Of a stretch of 64,000 nt of DNA, positions 53,448-64,000 are shown one piece after another. Made by a program: the position numbers and the translations under genes. Location: contig CM119371.1 in assembly GCA_051294905.1 (NCBI GenBank), positions 25,298,001-25,362,000 of the forward strand, written 5' to 3'. Each line of letters starts with the position of its first letter. Position 1 is the first letter of the stretch. Below the pieces are notes generated by a model. That model did not search any database, was not told the origin of the DNA, and saw only the letters and a list, made by a program, of their open reading frames with translations. Source of the stretch: Botryllus schlosseri. Taxonomy: Eukaryota.

Positions 53448-53593
53448 CTTCACTACATATCGGTGCCCCGTCACAGATGTATTGCTTTGGAAATTTGCAT
53501 CGTCCAACGCCATGGTATTCAGAATAACTACCAGAGCACGCTCCATAATCCGATTCCAAATCTGAGGATGCCGGTATTTCGTCGCTCCCATCG
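53448..53593 (-). CDS. GPCR exon: DGSDEIPASSDLESDYGACSGSYSEYHGVGRCKFPKQYICDGAPICSE
   Basis: ttttaag/gtgata, 146 nt, phase 2->1; overlaps ORF 53359..53559. Confidence 0.87.
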
Positions 53594-54159
53594 CTTAAAA
53601 TATTTATTTTGATTCAACACCGTTTGGTCAATATGTAGACAAGGGATTTTTCTCCGTACAGATATACGCTATGCAGACTTGTTTTGGAAATTCATAATCG
53701 CCCGGAATCCGTGGAAACCATCGACAAACATATCGAATCTATCATAAATTACAATCATCGTGATAACATATCCGGTCAACGCATTCAATATATCATTACA
53801 CAGCAAGCATTGTCACTCGACCCCCGAAGCCCCCATGACAAGCCAATGTGGTGATAGTGTTTATGATATTCATATAAAGGTAGAAAATATCTCATAATTT
53901 TCCTAATCCTTGCAGCTCCGATTTTTTATCAGCTTATAAATCAGACTACCTTCACGTTGACAGCATGTCGCGATATATGAAAAATAACTATTGATGCAGA
54001 ATTTGTAACATCCAATATATCATTAATGGTGTTTCATATGTGACTTCTTTACTTCGCACATGCTGGTTCTATTGCTGGAGTAAAGAATTGGTGGAATCGA
54101 TGACGAAACCAGGTGAATTTTAAATCGATTTTAAGGATGTACGATTATGTCGTTAGTAC

Positions 54160-54250
54160 CTGCAGTCTGCAATTCCGTTGCAAAAATCTGTTGCTAGATG
54201 ACATTTTGATCCATCGAGGCATTCGAACTCCGTTTCCAAACAATTCATTT
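54160..54250 (-). CDS. GPCR exon: LDLa N-half (EMNCLETEFECLDGSKCHLATDFCNGIADCS)
   Basis: ctccacag/gtacta, 91 nt, phase 1->2; paralogous to 62975-63065. Confidence 0.9.
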
Positions 54251-54849
54251 CTGTGGAGAGATATGAACGAGAAAATTAATATTCATTCATTATTTGAAAT
54301 TAACGGATTACACTGGTCAACATTATTTTTGTTGACTTTGATCAGACAATTGATTAATACGACTAACTTTTGGGCGCTATAATCCAAAATGACTTCCGTT
54401 TTTCTCTATCCCGTCAAGTTTGGGGCTACTCACCCACCCCATTGTCTCATAACCCACATATAAGTATTACTTTTAATATTTTGTGTTTATTTTATAAAAC
54501 GTTTTAAAAACCACATGCAGCCGAAAGTAAATCAGTAGACTTCAAATAACCATTTGCACTGCTTTATTTTGGTACTTCATACTGATCTTGCTTCTGTAGG
54601 ACAAGTAAACTGCGAGTGTCGGGTTCCAAATTTACGCTAATAACTCATAATTCTGGGGGTTGTCTCGTTTGATAGTGAAGAAATAGTTAGCAGACATATG
54701 TCAGCTCCAATCTACTCTTGTATCTTACCACAAACATCTTCAAATATCATGGTACACTTTCTCAATGCCCATCGCTGACTATGGCAAGATTTGCAAGGAA
54801 AGTATTTCGATATTTCAGCTTTTTTAATGTCTTCTGTCTGACATTAACA

Positions 54850-55886
54850 TATGGAAGTGGCACATGTGTAACACGGTTACATGTGCATCCTTATTGTCTG
54901 GCCACTAAGAAACACAATATTTTAAAGCTGACAGATATGATCCAATCGTTCTTGTGATATTGCAACAATTCAACGGTTCTCTATTATTCACGAAGACTAA
55001 CTGAGTGTGCAATTGTTACTGCACCTAAGAGAATGGCGCACTTTATCGGGATCCTTTTAGAGTTATCAATAGACATTTGCCATTCATTTGAGTTGTAAAT
55101 CTGGATTCCAAACTCCTTCAGCAACCCATGGGATCAGTATCATGTCAATGCCAGTATCATGGCAATACTTAAAGCTATACAGAAAGTAGCCTCATGATGA
55201 AAATACCGTTTCTTATGATCGAAAGAGCGATATCTTCTCTCTCTCAACAGGTATTCTTTTCTCAATTCGCGCGGATGCTAAAAGTTCCGAATATTTCTGT
55301 TTCAAGTCTCGAAGCCTATGTAAGATCATTCAACTTGAGTTGATGGGCTACTCTACGTTATGAATCATCTTCGATTTAGAAATCTTCATCATTAAGCCTG
55401 CCTATCTCTAAGATAGTCATCTTGATCCAAATTATCTAGCGTAGATTAGCTTCAAATTAAACTGGATAAGCTGAATGGGGCATTGGACCTATAGCTGATA
55501 GTAAATGTAATGTTTATTTTTCTTGCAATATCCTGCAGTTTGCATCAACTTTGTGTCTGGAATATCCTCGGAAAATTGCATCCTCTTACCAAAATGGGTG
55601 AAAGCATCGGCTTGAATCGATACCAGTACCGTTTTTTTTTTAATAAAATTGAGCCCTTGGCTATATAACTTATTATATCATAAAAGTATGGCTTCCTATA
55701 TGGTATGGAAAAGTAATATGGCTAAATTCGTGAAAATTTGCATATTTTGAGCATATGTCGTAGCACAAAAACTTGACGTGATAGAAGAAAACCAGCCGCA
55801 TTTTTGGAATCAACACGCCAAAATTAGCCTAAATCAAGTGCAAAATCAAAGTCAACAAATTGTTCGTTCAAAATTGTTGCCCAGTG
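54850..55886 (-). mobile_element. Chapaev3-like transposon fragment with transposase remnant
   Basis: Terminus CACTGGGCAACA on the minus strand at 55886; degenerate LNDL..., SELLAS, YNSNEWQMSIDNSKR, IAHSVSLRE motifs; left boundary approximate. Confidence 0.65.
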
Positions 55887-58122
55887 TCATTTATGATTAT
55901 CCGATGGTCCTGCTTTATAGTCCGAGAGGGAGCTATTCCTTTGCGATACTTTTTAGTTCCAATTAGCATGTGTAATAGAACTTTGTAAATAACTTCACAA
56001 CTTTGTTGCGTATTATTAAAAGTAATAAATATTAAAAATGCAATTCATACATATATATCTAACTTGTTCAGAAGAACAAGCTAATCAATAGCCATAGTAC
56101 GATAGTACGATAGAACGATAGTACCTGCGACCAATGTTCTCTCCAAGATGCGCGCGCGCGCAGTGATGATGATGTTTGACGCGCACAAAAAGCCGCAGTG
56201 ATGACCTTATTTTAGTCATTAGACCATTGGTCGTGAACCTATGGCTCTTTTGTGTATAAGATATGGCTCTTTTCTAACTATTTATATTGAACTGAATTGA
56301 TCAATATTGCAGCGACTTGTAAGTAAACTTTCATCACGGCCAGAATAATTATTCTCGTGGCAGTATATACATGTCTTTGAGAGGTGAAGACAATGCCGTC
56401 TTCGGGTTTAGGGGCTCAGATCCCCTCTTTCCAAAATCCTTGAATTTAAGTTACTGTCGCGCCGGCGACCAATATCACTCGCGAATTCTATGTACCCGAT
56501 TAGAAATCTTGGATTGTGCAATACGTTGATTAATCAAAGAGCATAATAGCAGACATGACGACGCCCATATCATAACGCAGTTTTCAAATGCACAATGCAC
56601 ATTGCCTTACTGATCTAGGGCGCAAAATGAACTGCCGCGGATGTGACATTCACAATTACAATCTGTAGTACCGGCGATAAAATGTATGTATTCGTGTTGC
56701 TCAACGTTACCGCATAATGCTTCAAGAATTGAGAAATCGATCAGTATTCAGATTTTCGGAATCACTGTGACAGTTACATTCAATTACTATCATTTATAAT
56801 AAATTACAAGCTATTAACGATGACTTGCGTTATCAATGTTGAGGCTTGGCCCGTCTGTGCCTTACCTCTTGTTTCGAGCTTTATGTTCGAAGAATAAATA
56901 CCAGTTTTTACAGAGAAAATGTGGCGCACACGACAAATCCCATGTAGTGAGTTCGAATTAGTGCTACCATGATGTCTCGAATTTTCAATTGTGACGTAAC
57001 AGTTGAGTAGGATGTATGGCTCTTTTGGAGTTGCTATGGAAAAATAGGGCCAATATGGCTCTTCGGACAAAAAGTTTCCCGACCTCTGCATTAGACACTG
57101 TTGTCAAAGGGACCTCGCAGTGAGGGGGTGAGTGACTCATAAAAAATTAGAAGGAACATTCCATGCGACTCTGGAACGTGTCGGTTCAAATGGAGAAGTG
57201 AGGCTGTAGTTGGGTTAGGGTTAGGATTGAGATTAAAGGTTCGACAACATATTTGAACATCCTTAGATATTCTGTCAATTTCGAAGTCATAATGTTTCGT
57301 TCAGGCCTCTCAGCTGGAATGAAATCTTAGCTAGGCAAGATTAGTCAGCTGGCTGGTCTTGCCCAATACGATATGCCACGAAATAAATCGCAGTGAGTGC
57401 TTTTTTCTACATAAGCCTCATCGAAGAGATATAATTATAGCTGGTCAGTAACTAGGTATATAATTCTGTTTTGGAGGTACTCAGTTAGGTTGTGCCTACT
57501 AGTAAAACTTGTGGGTGGGTATGGTTTTACACTATACTACCACTTCTACTTAATTACAATTTGTAAAATGTGGAATTGATGTGACAACTCGTAGAAATAG
57601 CAAGTTTTGTCGTGGCAACTGATGAATTGAACCACGAAAATTGCAGCTAACAGTAGTTCCATCGGACATTGACCAGGGATATTCACCCTTGAATTTCGAA
57701 TGTGGCCACCTCCGAGTAACCGCAATACGTATGGCATTCGTCTACCGAATCTAATTCCTAAAACATTTACTTCGGTACTGATGGAATCACTATTTTCTGT
57801 CTCCACTTAAAGTAGTTCTTTGGATGTCTGAAGAATCGCAACTTCTACTCATAATTGAGTAGAAGTTCACTTTGTTACTTTTCGGTTTCCTGTTGAGTTT
57901 CAAGCCTGGAAAACTTGTCCACTTCTGGAAATAACCCGATATACTGCGGGTGTTTTAAACTTTGATTGTATATCAGTGCAGTAGATACTTGAATGAATTT
58001 GTATTTCAAATCAGACTCTAAGTATATTCCCCATATTATTGGTCATTCTTCTAAAACAAATACCGATACGTTTAGGTTGCTGTTTGTTCGAATTTCGAAA
58101 TTTATATATCATGCACTAACAA

Positions 58123-61100
58123 CACTGGTCTACACATTTTTTGCGCAAGAACTTCTTTGGGTCAGTCATACCTAATTTGGGGGCGCTGAATACGAGTCTG
58201 GCGTTATTTTTGCGCTATCATATCACGTTGTTGAGATATTATATATGTTGAATATTTCTACTTTTTCGAAGTAATCAAGTCGATTTGAGCTACTTGCAGT
58301 ACTTACTGAAGTGGTAATGTTTTACAACTACTTCAACATCTACCTGAACAGTATTCTGGATGAACTAATTACACTTGCAATTAGGTTTTTGTAAAGTAGA
58401 TAGTGGTTCAGGAAAATATTTCACCAGTTTCATGAGTTAAATTGTCACAAGAAACGCGTGAAATAGCCTCTGAATCATGGTAACTGAATATATTTTCAAA
58501 GATGTTACCCACGGGTGTTGTCATCATAGTCATTTTGCCTTAGCTACAACGATACATCTTGCGATTTCGTATATAGCCACCTCTGACTAACTGTTGACTG
58601 TATGGGGCCATCCTCTCACCGACCAAATATACTTTGATACTTACTGACTTCCTCAGACCTTTAATTTCGTATTCCACTTGAAATAGTTTTCAGATGTCTT
58701 GGAAATTATTACTTTTACTTGTAATTGAGTAGAAGTGTAAGCCGTTACTTGTGCTATTTGAGTAGCAACGACGATCCCTTCGACCAACTCTAGTTAATAG
58801 TAAAATATTACGGCAAATCAGAAACCACCAACAATGTAATCTGTTTGTATTTAGAACTGGCGTTTAATCCTGCAAAACACTAGGAAAAAGCCTCGAAACC
58901 ATATGAAACATCAGTAGAAATCAACCAATGCTCATCTCTGGCTCTCTGCTACCATAGAACACGTGGTATTTGGTGTAGGCCACTAGCTGTCCTATGTCGA
59001 GACCAGAGGTGGCCAAAGTAGGCAAGAAATTTACTCAAGTAGAAGTAGAAGTAGCGACAAAAATCTACTCAAGTACGAGTAGAAGTACTTTTTTCATAGG
59101 TAACCTAAAACCACTTGAAGTAGAAGTAGATTTGACTGACTTTAAATCTGCTCAAGTAAGTAAGTATAGTTATGAAAACAATTGTAATTCATTCCCATGA
59201 ACTGTCAAAAGCTGCTAATTGAGTAATGCGAAAGGTGCAGAGCTTGATTCATATTGATGCATACCAGGAGGTATCCAATTTTGGACAGCATAAGCATTCG
59301 TTCGCATCATGGGATGAAAATGATTGTATTGATATGGAAATGCGATATTAATCCTCTGTTTACTCGAACAACCCGTTTAAAAAATGTCATCGTATGGTGC
59401 CCTCCCCCATATTATAAGGCACGTAGTTTAGTCTAAGAGCAATATAGATAAGTTGTATTGGATGCGGTGTAAGCATTTTGTGCGACTTGTAAATGTTAAT
59501 AAAAATTATGGTGGATCGTAAAAATGCCATGTGTAGCTTTATTCCGGGAAATTAAAGGCATTACCACACTTGCTTTCATACTTATACTTATGTTCTCCAG
59601 ACAAAAGAACTGAAACCCATAAGAACTCAAATTATGATACTGGGAATTGAAAGAGAAATACAAATACCAGTTCAGAAAAGTGAAAATATAATTCATGTCT
59701 TTTGTCCGTAAAGCTTCAAAGGTAGTCTGCTAAAACAGGTGTAACGTTAAAAAAAAGCCTGATTCTCCAGATTAGTAGGACACGTCATGGGCTGCTAGAT
59801 TACGATATGATAAGTAATTGGTAGATTGCGAAACGGTAGTTTCAAACGTAATGATGGGCCATATTTACTGTAATGAAATATTTGATATGGGTGACAATGC
59901 GGTGTCAGTGGAACCACGCAATCTGATACCCAAATTATATTCATTGATACTTTCGAGGAAACATATTTGTCACTCCATAACTACTTTGCGCGAAGCGCAA
60001 CAAAAGTTATGGGCAATACTTGACTTTTATGAATATTAAAGGTTAGTACTCCATGAAAACAACCGCGAAATTCCTCGGGCTATCTTTGTTATTGGGGAAG
60101 AAAATACTTCTACTCGACAAACTGACACTAGCGAAAAATAAGTAAGTAGATCAAAAATGATTACGAAGTAGAAGTAGAAGTAGAGAGAAACAGATCTACC
60201 TGAGTAAGTATCAGAAATAGAGGAAAACTACTTGAGTACTTCCAAAAAGTAGAAGTACTTCGTTACTGACCATCTCTGGTCGAGACAGATCGACTGTCCT
60301 AGAACCGACGCATATTTATTTCTATTATGAAGTAACACGCACTTCAGGTTTCGTGTTGAGCTCTTATATAGTAGTCTCCATTAATCTGGTTTTCTATAAT
60401 AGACAATGCAAAAGAATTCCTTCATACCATGGCAATAAACCAAAAGAAATAAAGCGTTCGGAAACAGCTGTCCTCAATTCCGATAAAATATAACGGCATA
60501 TGAAAACTGGAGAAGAATTAGCATGATAAGTGCAGGCGTATATTAATGATGATAAATTCCAGTTATCATGATAAGCCCTTTTTTCTTTGGAAAAGCAGCT
60601 ATCCGTTTCTTCTAATGTTTCAAAATAAGATTAAAGGGCCACATATTTAGGTCATATATCGGAGTGAACAATTCTCTTCTACATAAATACCAACAATAAA
60701 ATGTTTGTTGTTTGCAAACTTTTACGTTTTACGAAAGAGCAGTGTGATATCACAAAATGCATTGACCGATTAAGTCTGCAGGACATTAGTATAAAGAAAG
60801 ATAACGTAGGGAACTAAATTAGGTACGGAGCTCCCAACCGCAATCTTTAAACAAAGAGTGGTATATAAAGATGATAACTGCTACCGACTAAAATTAGTTG
60901 CATCCAGGTATAAATTTATTGGTCGAAAATAGGTCCTGATCGAAAGAAGATAGAGAACCACTCGATTCAAGTTCACCGAAAACTCAGTTATTCTGTTCTA
61001 CAACAACCCAGCTTTCATCATTAGAGATGATTTCAATGACAATATTTGATTTGTTGCAGCTGTACGCTCACCGTAATGTCACTAACGAAAGCGGAAATTT

Positions 61101-61584
61101 GATTAATTTATGGAAATGAAAAAAATACATACCGCAACAAATTGACGCGATCGGCGCAGAATCGGATTCAGCAACCTACTATTAGTCTGAATCAATCATT
61201 AAAATTTTTAGTGCTAATTTATTTGGAAATTTGTAGATCAGTGTAATTGTATGGGTCGAAAAGATGTTCTGATTGAACGAAGATAGAGAATCACTGGATT
61301 CAAGTTCATCAAAACTCACTCATTCTGTACTACAACAACCCAGGTTTCATGTTAGATGATTTTATTAACAATATTTGATCTGTTGCTGGTGTATGCTAAC
61401 CGTGATGTCACTAACGAAAGCCGAAATTTGATTAATTTACGAAAGTGGTAAAAATTCATACGGAAAAAATTTGACGTGATTGAGAAATTCTGAGCACAGA
61501 ATCGGATTCAGCAACCTTAAATTAGCCTAAATCAATCATTAAAATTTTTGGCGCAAAATTTTATTCGAAATTTGTAGACCAGTG
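58123..61584. mobile_element. Chapaev3-like non-autonomous element with nested hAT MITE
   Basis: TIR CACTGGTCTACA / TGTAGACCAGTG, 3-bp flanks CAA/CAA. Confidence 0.7.
59004..60278. mobile_element. hAT-type MITE with AGTAGA subterminal repeats
   Basis: TIR CAGAG(G/A)TGG(C/T)CA, perfect TSD GTCGAGAC. Confidence 0.88.
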
Positions 61585-61592
61585 CAATCTAT
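60920..61592. repeat. Tandem duplication, two diverged ~335-bp units
   Basis: ~60920-61251 aligns with ~61252-61592; each unit ends TTTGTAGA(T/C)CAGTG. Confidence 0.85.
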
Positions 61593-61613
61593 AAATGCAC
61601 CTTCCATGCTTAC

Positions 61614-61744
61614 CGTTGTTACATAAAGATTCCCGTACTGGTTCCAGCTCCAGCGGGAGATTGCAAAGCTTAGATTTGTGTGTTGCTCTTCTGCATAATG
61701 TACGATTGTCCTCATACGAAACATATATCTCGTCGGATCCGTCT
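61614..61744 (-). CDS. GPCR exon: DGSDEIYVSYEDNRTLCRRATHKSKLCNLPLELEPVRESLCNN
   Basis: tttttcag/gtaagc, 131 nt, phase 2->1; matches part of ORF 61561..61770. Confidence 0.88.
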
Positions 61745-62974
61745 CTGAAAAATACCGGGAAGGATTCCATTTACAATCTTCATCTAGGGGTCATCGAATC
61801 GGCTGCATGCATTCAGTGAAGCGAAAATATTATGGGAGGCCATTTGGGTCATGTTTCAGACGGGAGACGTGACCAACTAGATAGCTTATTGATCGTTACG
61901 CCTTGGATTCTATTCCCGGCCTGCGCACCTTATAGAAATAAAATGGCGATATCATATGAGTACTTGCATAACTAAGCATATAGCGATTTGCGTATTCTGT
62001 TCAACTGTACATTAACCCCGATAAAACGAATGTAAGTTGTAAATATAATTTGGCTAGTATTATGATCACTAGGCAAGTTTCGAAGACAAGGTGAAATGGT
62101 ATTCAACTGTTTATTAGCGTCTAATCTGACATGGAGAAATTTTGAACTGTTTGAATTTTATGGATGTAATCGTTTGACTGCATTTCATAAAATTAGAGCA
62201 GTACTTCCCAGCCCTGAATTCAATGGAAAAGCGATCATTAATAATGTGCCACTGGGTACTGGTGTTTTAATATGTAAATCAACAATATTACAAATTGTTT
62301 TGATGAATTCTCAAACTCTCGTGACACTCTATGACATCGCAGGATAACCTATTATAATCGCTACAGCGGCTCGATCGAACTTAGAAATATGGTCTGATTG
62401 ATGTCTTGTCTCGTAAGACTCCCGCAATCCAGTGAGTTGATAATTATTCATTTGTGGGGCCTGTTCTGTCCGACTGAGACTAATCATTTCGAAATTCGTA
62501 CTGATTATTCTTTTCTTCTCTCTCCAATTTGAATTTCAATAGGGCATCTGAAACTCAAGGTGATGCGGTAGAAGCACTGCTTAGAGATCCTAAGTTTGCA
62601 ACCAACAAATCGATTCTCAATTGAAAAACGTTTCATTCAGAAATCGAAAATGGGTGAGTACAACACACATGCGTTATTTTACTCAAATTATCACAGGTAG
62701 TCGCGAATGATACCGCAAAACGTTCACTAAAAGTGTAAGAAGAGCCCGTTATTATTTGCAGTTTTATCTCGGAATGAGTAACTCAGGAATCAATTCCCAG
62801 AGCCCGTTGTTAGACCAAGCATTTAGTGGCGACGTAAACGAATCGTCATAATAATCACCAGCTTGCAAGTGCTACATCTCTAACAGTGCGTTTTGATCTT
62901 ATGTATTTGCGGCCACATGTGAATAAAATATATATTTATTGACCTAATATGGACGATCACTAGAGCAACAGTAC

Positions 62975-63065
62975 CTGCACTCTTTCCATCCGTCGCAAAA
63001 GCCTGTAGCAACAAGGCAACCCGATCCATCGTGGCATGTGAACTCTCCTTCGTAACAATTCAATC
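62975..63065 (-). CDS. GPCR exon: LDLa N-half (GLNCYEGEFTCHDGSGCLVATGFCDGWKECR)
   Basis: ctcctcag/gtactg, 91 nt, phase 1->2, canonical LDLa Cys spacing, joins DGSDE of the next exon. Confidence 0.9.
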
Positions 63066-63452
63066 CTGAGGAGATATTCAATTAAAAAAATTTCTTAGTT
63101 CAGCATTTTTGTCGGAACGATTTATTTACTAATAATAATCGAGTTTATTCGACAAAATTTGCTAGCCCCGGTAACTCATTTTATACTAGGCTTGTACCAG
63201 AAGTGATAGTAGTTGCATAAATGATTTATGAAGTTCCAAGTTCCCCTAACTGGTATACTCTCACAACTTGGCCTGCATAAATTTAGTTTATCGTTTACCT
63301 TTAGCCAACGAATCAGAATCAGTAGAATTAATGCGCTGACGCATTATCCGTTTTCAATGCGAAGTGACGCTGCCCGATAAGTCCCCACTGGCAAGTTTAT
63401 ATTTACTGTAGCTGCTTTCAAAAAAGAATTATTTTAACCTATTCATATTTAC

Positions 63453-63586
63453 CATCCCTGCACAGTCTCTTCCTGTCGTGTTCTAGGTATCGTGGTAGAA
63501 TGCAAACTGGTGAAAGGCCTGAGGTTTTCCGTATGCATTTCGTCGCATTGTCAAATGTCGTATTGTGTGGTTCGTCCGATCCATCG
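63453..63586 (-). CDS. GPCR exon: C-terminal half of an LDLa module plus Cys linker (DGSDEPHNTTFDNATKCIRKTSGLSPVCILPRYLEHDRKRLCRD)
   Basis: tttgacag acceptor, gtaaat donor, 134 nt, phase 2->1, DGSDE motif. Confidence 0.85.
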
Positions 63587-64000
63587 CTGTCAAAAACATT
63601 GATACTGTAATATAAATTGCTTGATTACAGTTTGTCATAAATGAATTTCAACAACGCTACCCTGGAAACAACAAACCAGGGACTAAGCGCCTCCCAACCC
63701 TTGACTCTGACGGAAAGTTGTTATATACATTACACGCACAGAACAAATAAATAAGTGATATTAATGAATATTAAATTCAACGGCCGGAAACAATCATAAC
63801 GGAAATGTAAAGTCTACTGCAGGGCTAATTTGTAGGAAAAGTGCATTTGCAAAAGTTAAAAAGTTGCTTGGATCAGGTATAACTCTAATGAAATAAATTG
63901 CAGTCATACAAATTTATTATAATACTATATAACGATACACAAATTCGTGTAAAGCGGTAATAATAGGTGAACTAAGCGGGAGGTGGATTTATATATTGAT

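Larger units (their letters stand above)
3144..63586 (-). other. Partial multi-exon gene: LDLa-repeat-containing rhodopsin-class GPCR (LGR/RXFP/GRL101-like, no LRRs detected); 5' end beyond 64000, TM5-7 not found
   Basis: 16 GT-AG exons form two phase-consistent chains (63586->27583 and 14762->3144). They encode DGSDE-type LDLa motifs and TM1-TM4 with the LGR-type TM3 signature W-x-SS-x-x-C...G...SE-x-SV...IT-x-x-R. The link between 27583 and 14762 is unresolved. Confidence 0.88.

Noticed and set aside
57209..57226. TTAGGG-like repeats
   Set aside because: Only about 2 units; not a telomere or a meaningful interstitial array

Overview
AT-rich metazoan genomic DNA. The receptor architecture suggests an ascidian/tunicate, but that is inference. 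Almost the whole window lies inside one minus-strand, intron-rich gene. I could splice it by eye from GT-AG exons with consistent phases: an N-terminal array of LDL-receptor class A (LDLa) and LDLa-like Cys modules, an unresolved Cys-rich middle region, a last LDLa module, then TM1-TM4 of a rhodopsin-class, LGR/RXFP/GRL101-like GPCR. I found no leucine-rich repeats. The gene starts beyond 64000, and TM5-7 were not found in the window. The introns are packed with nested transposons: a full-length degenerate ISL2EU (PIF/Harbinger-group) element with convergent THAP-DDE and SWIM-YqaJ genes, itself interrupted by a Chapaev3-like element and a CR1/L2-group LINE; a full-length Mag-type Gypsy LTR retrotransposon; more Chapaev3-like elements; and many hAT MITEs with 8-bp TSDs. 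A ~315-bp palindrome carries minimal type-I hammerhead-ribozyme-like motifs. No prokaryotic features, CRISPR arrays, rRNA or tRNA genes were seen. All coordinates were read by eye.
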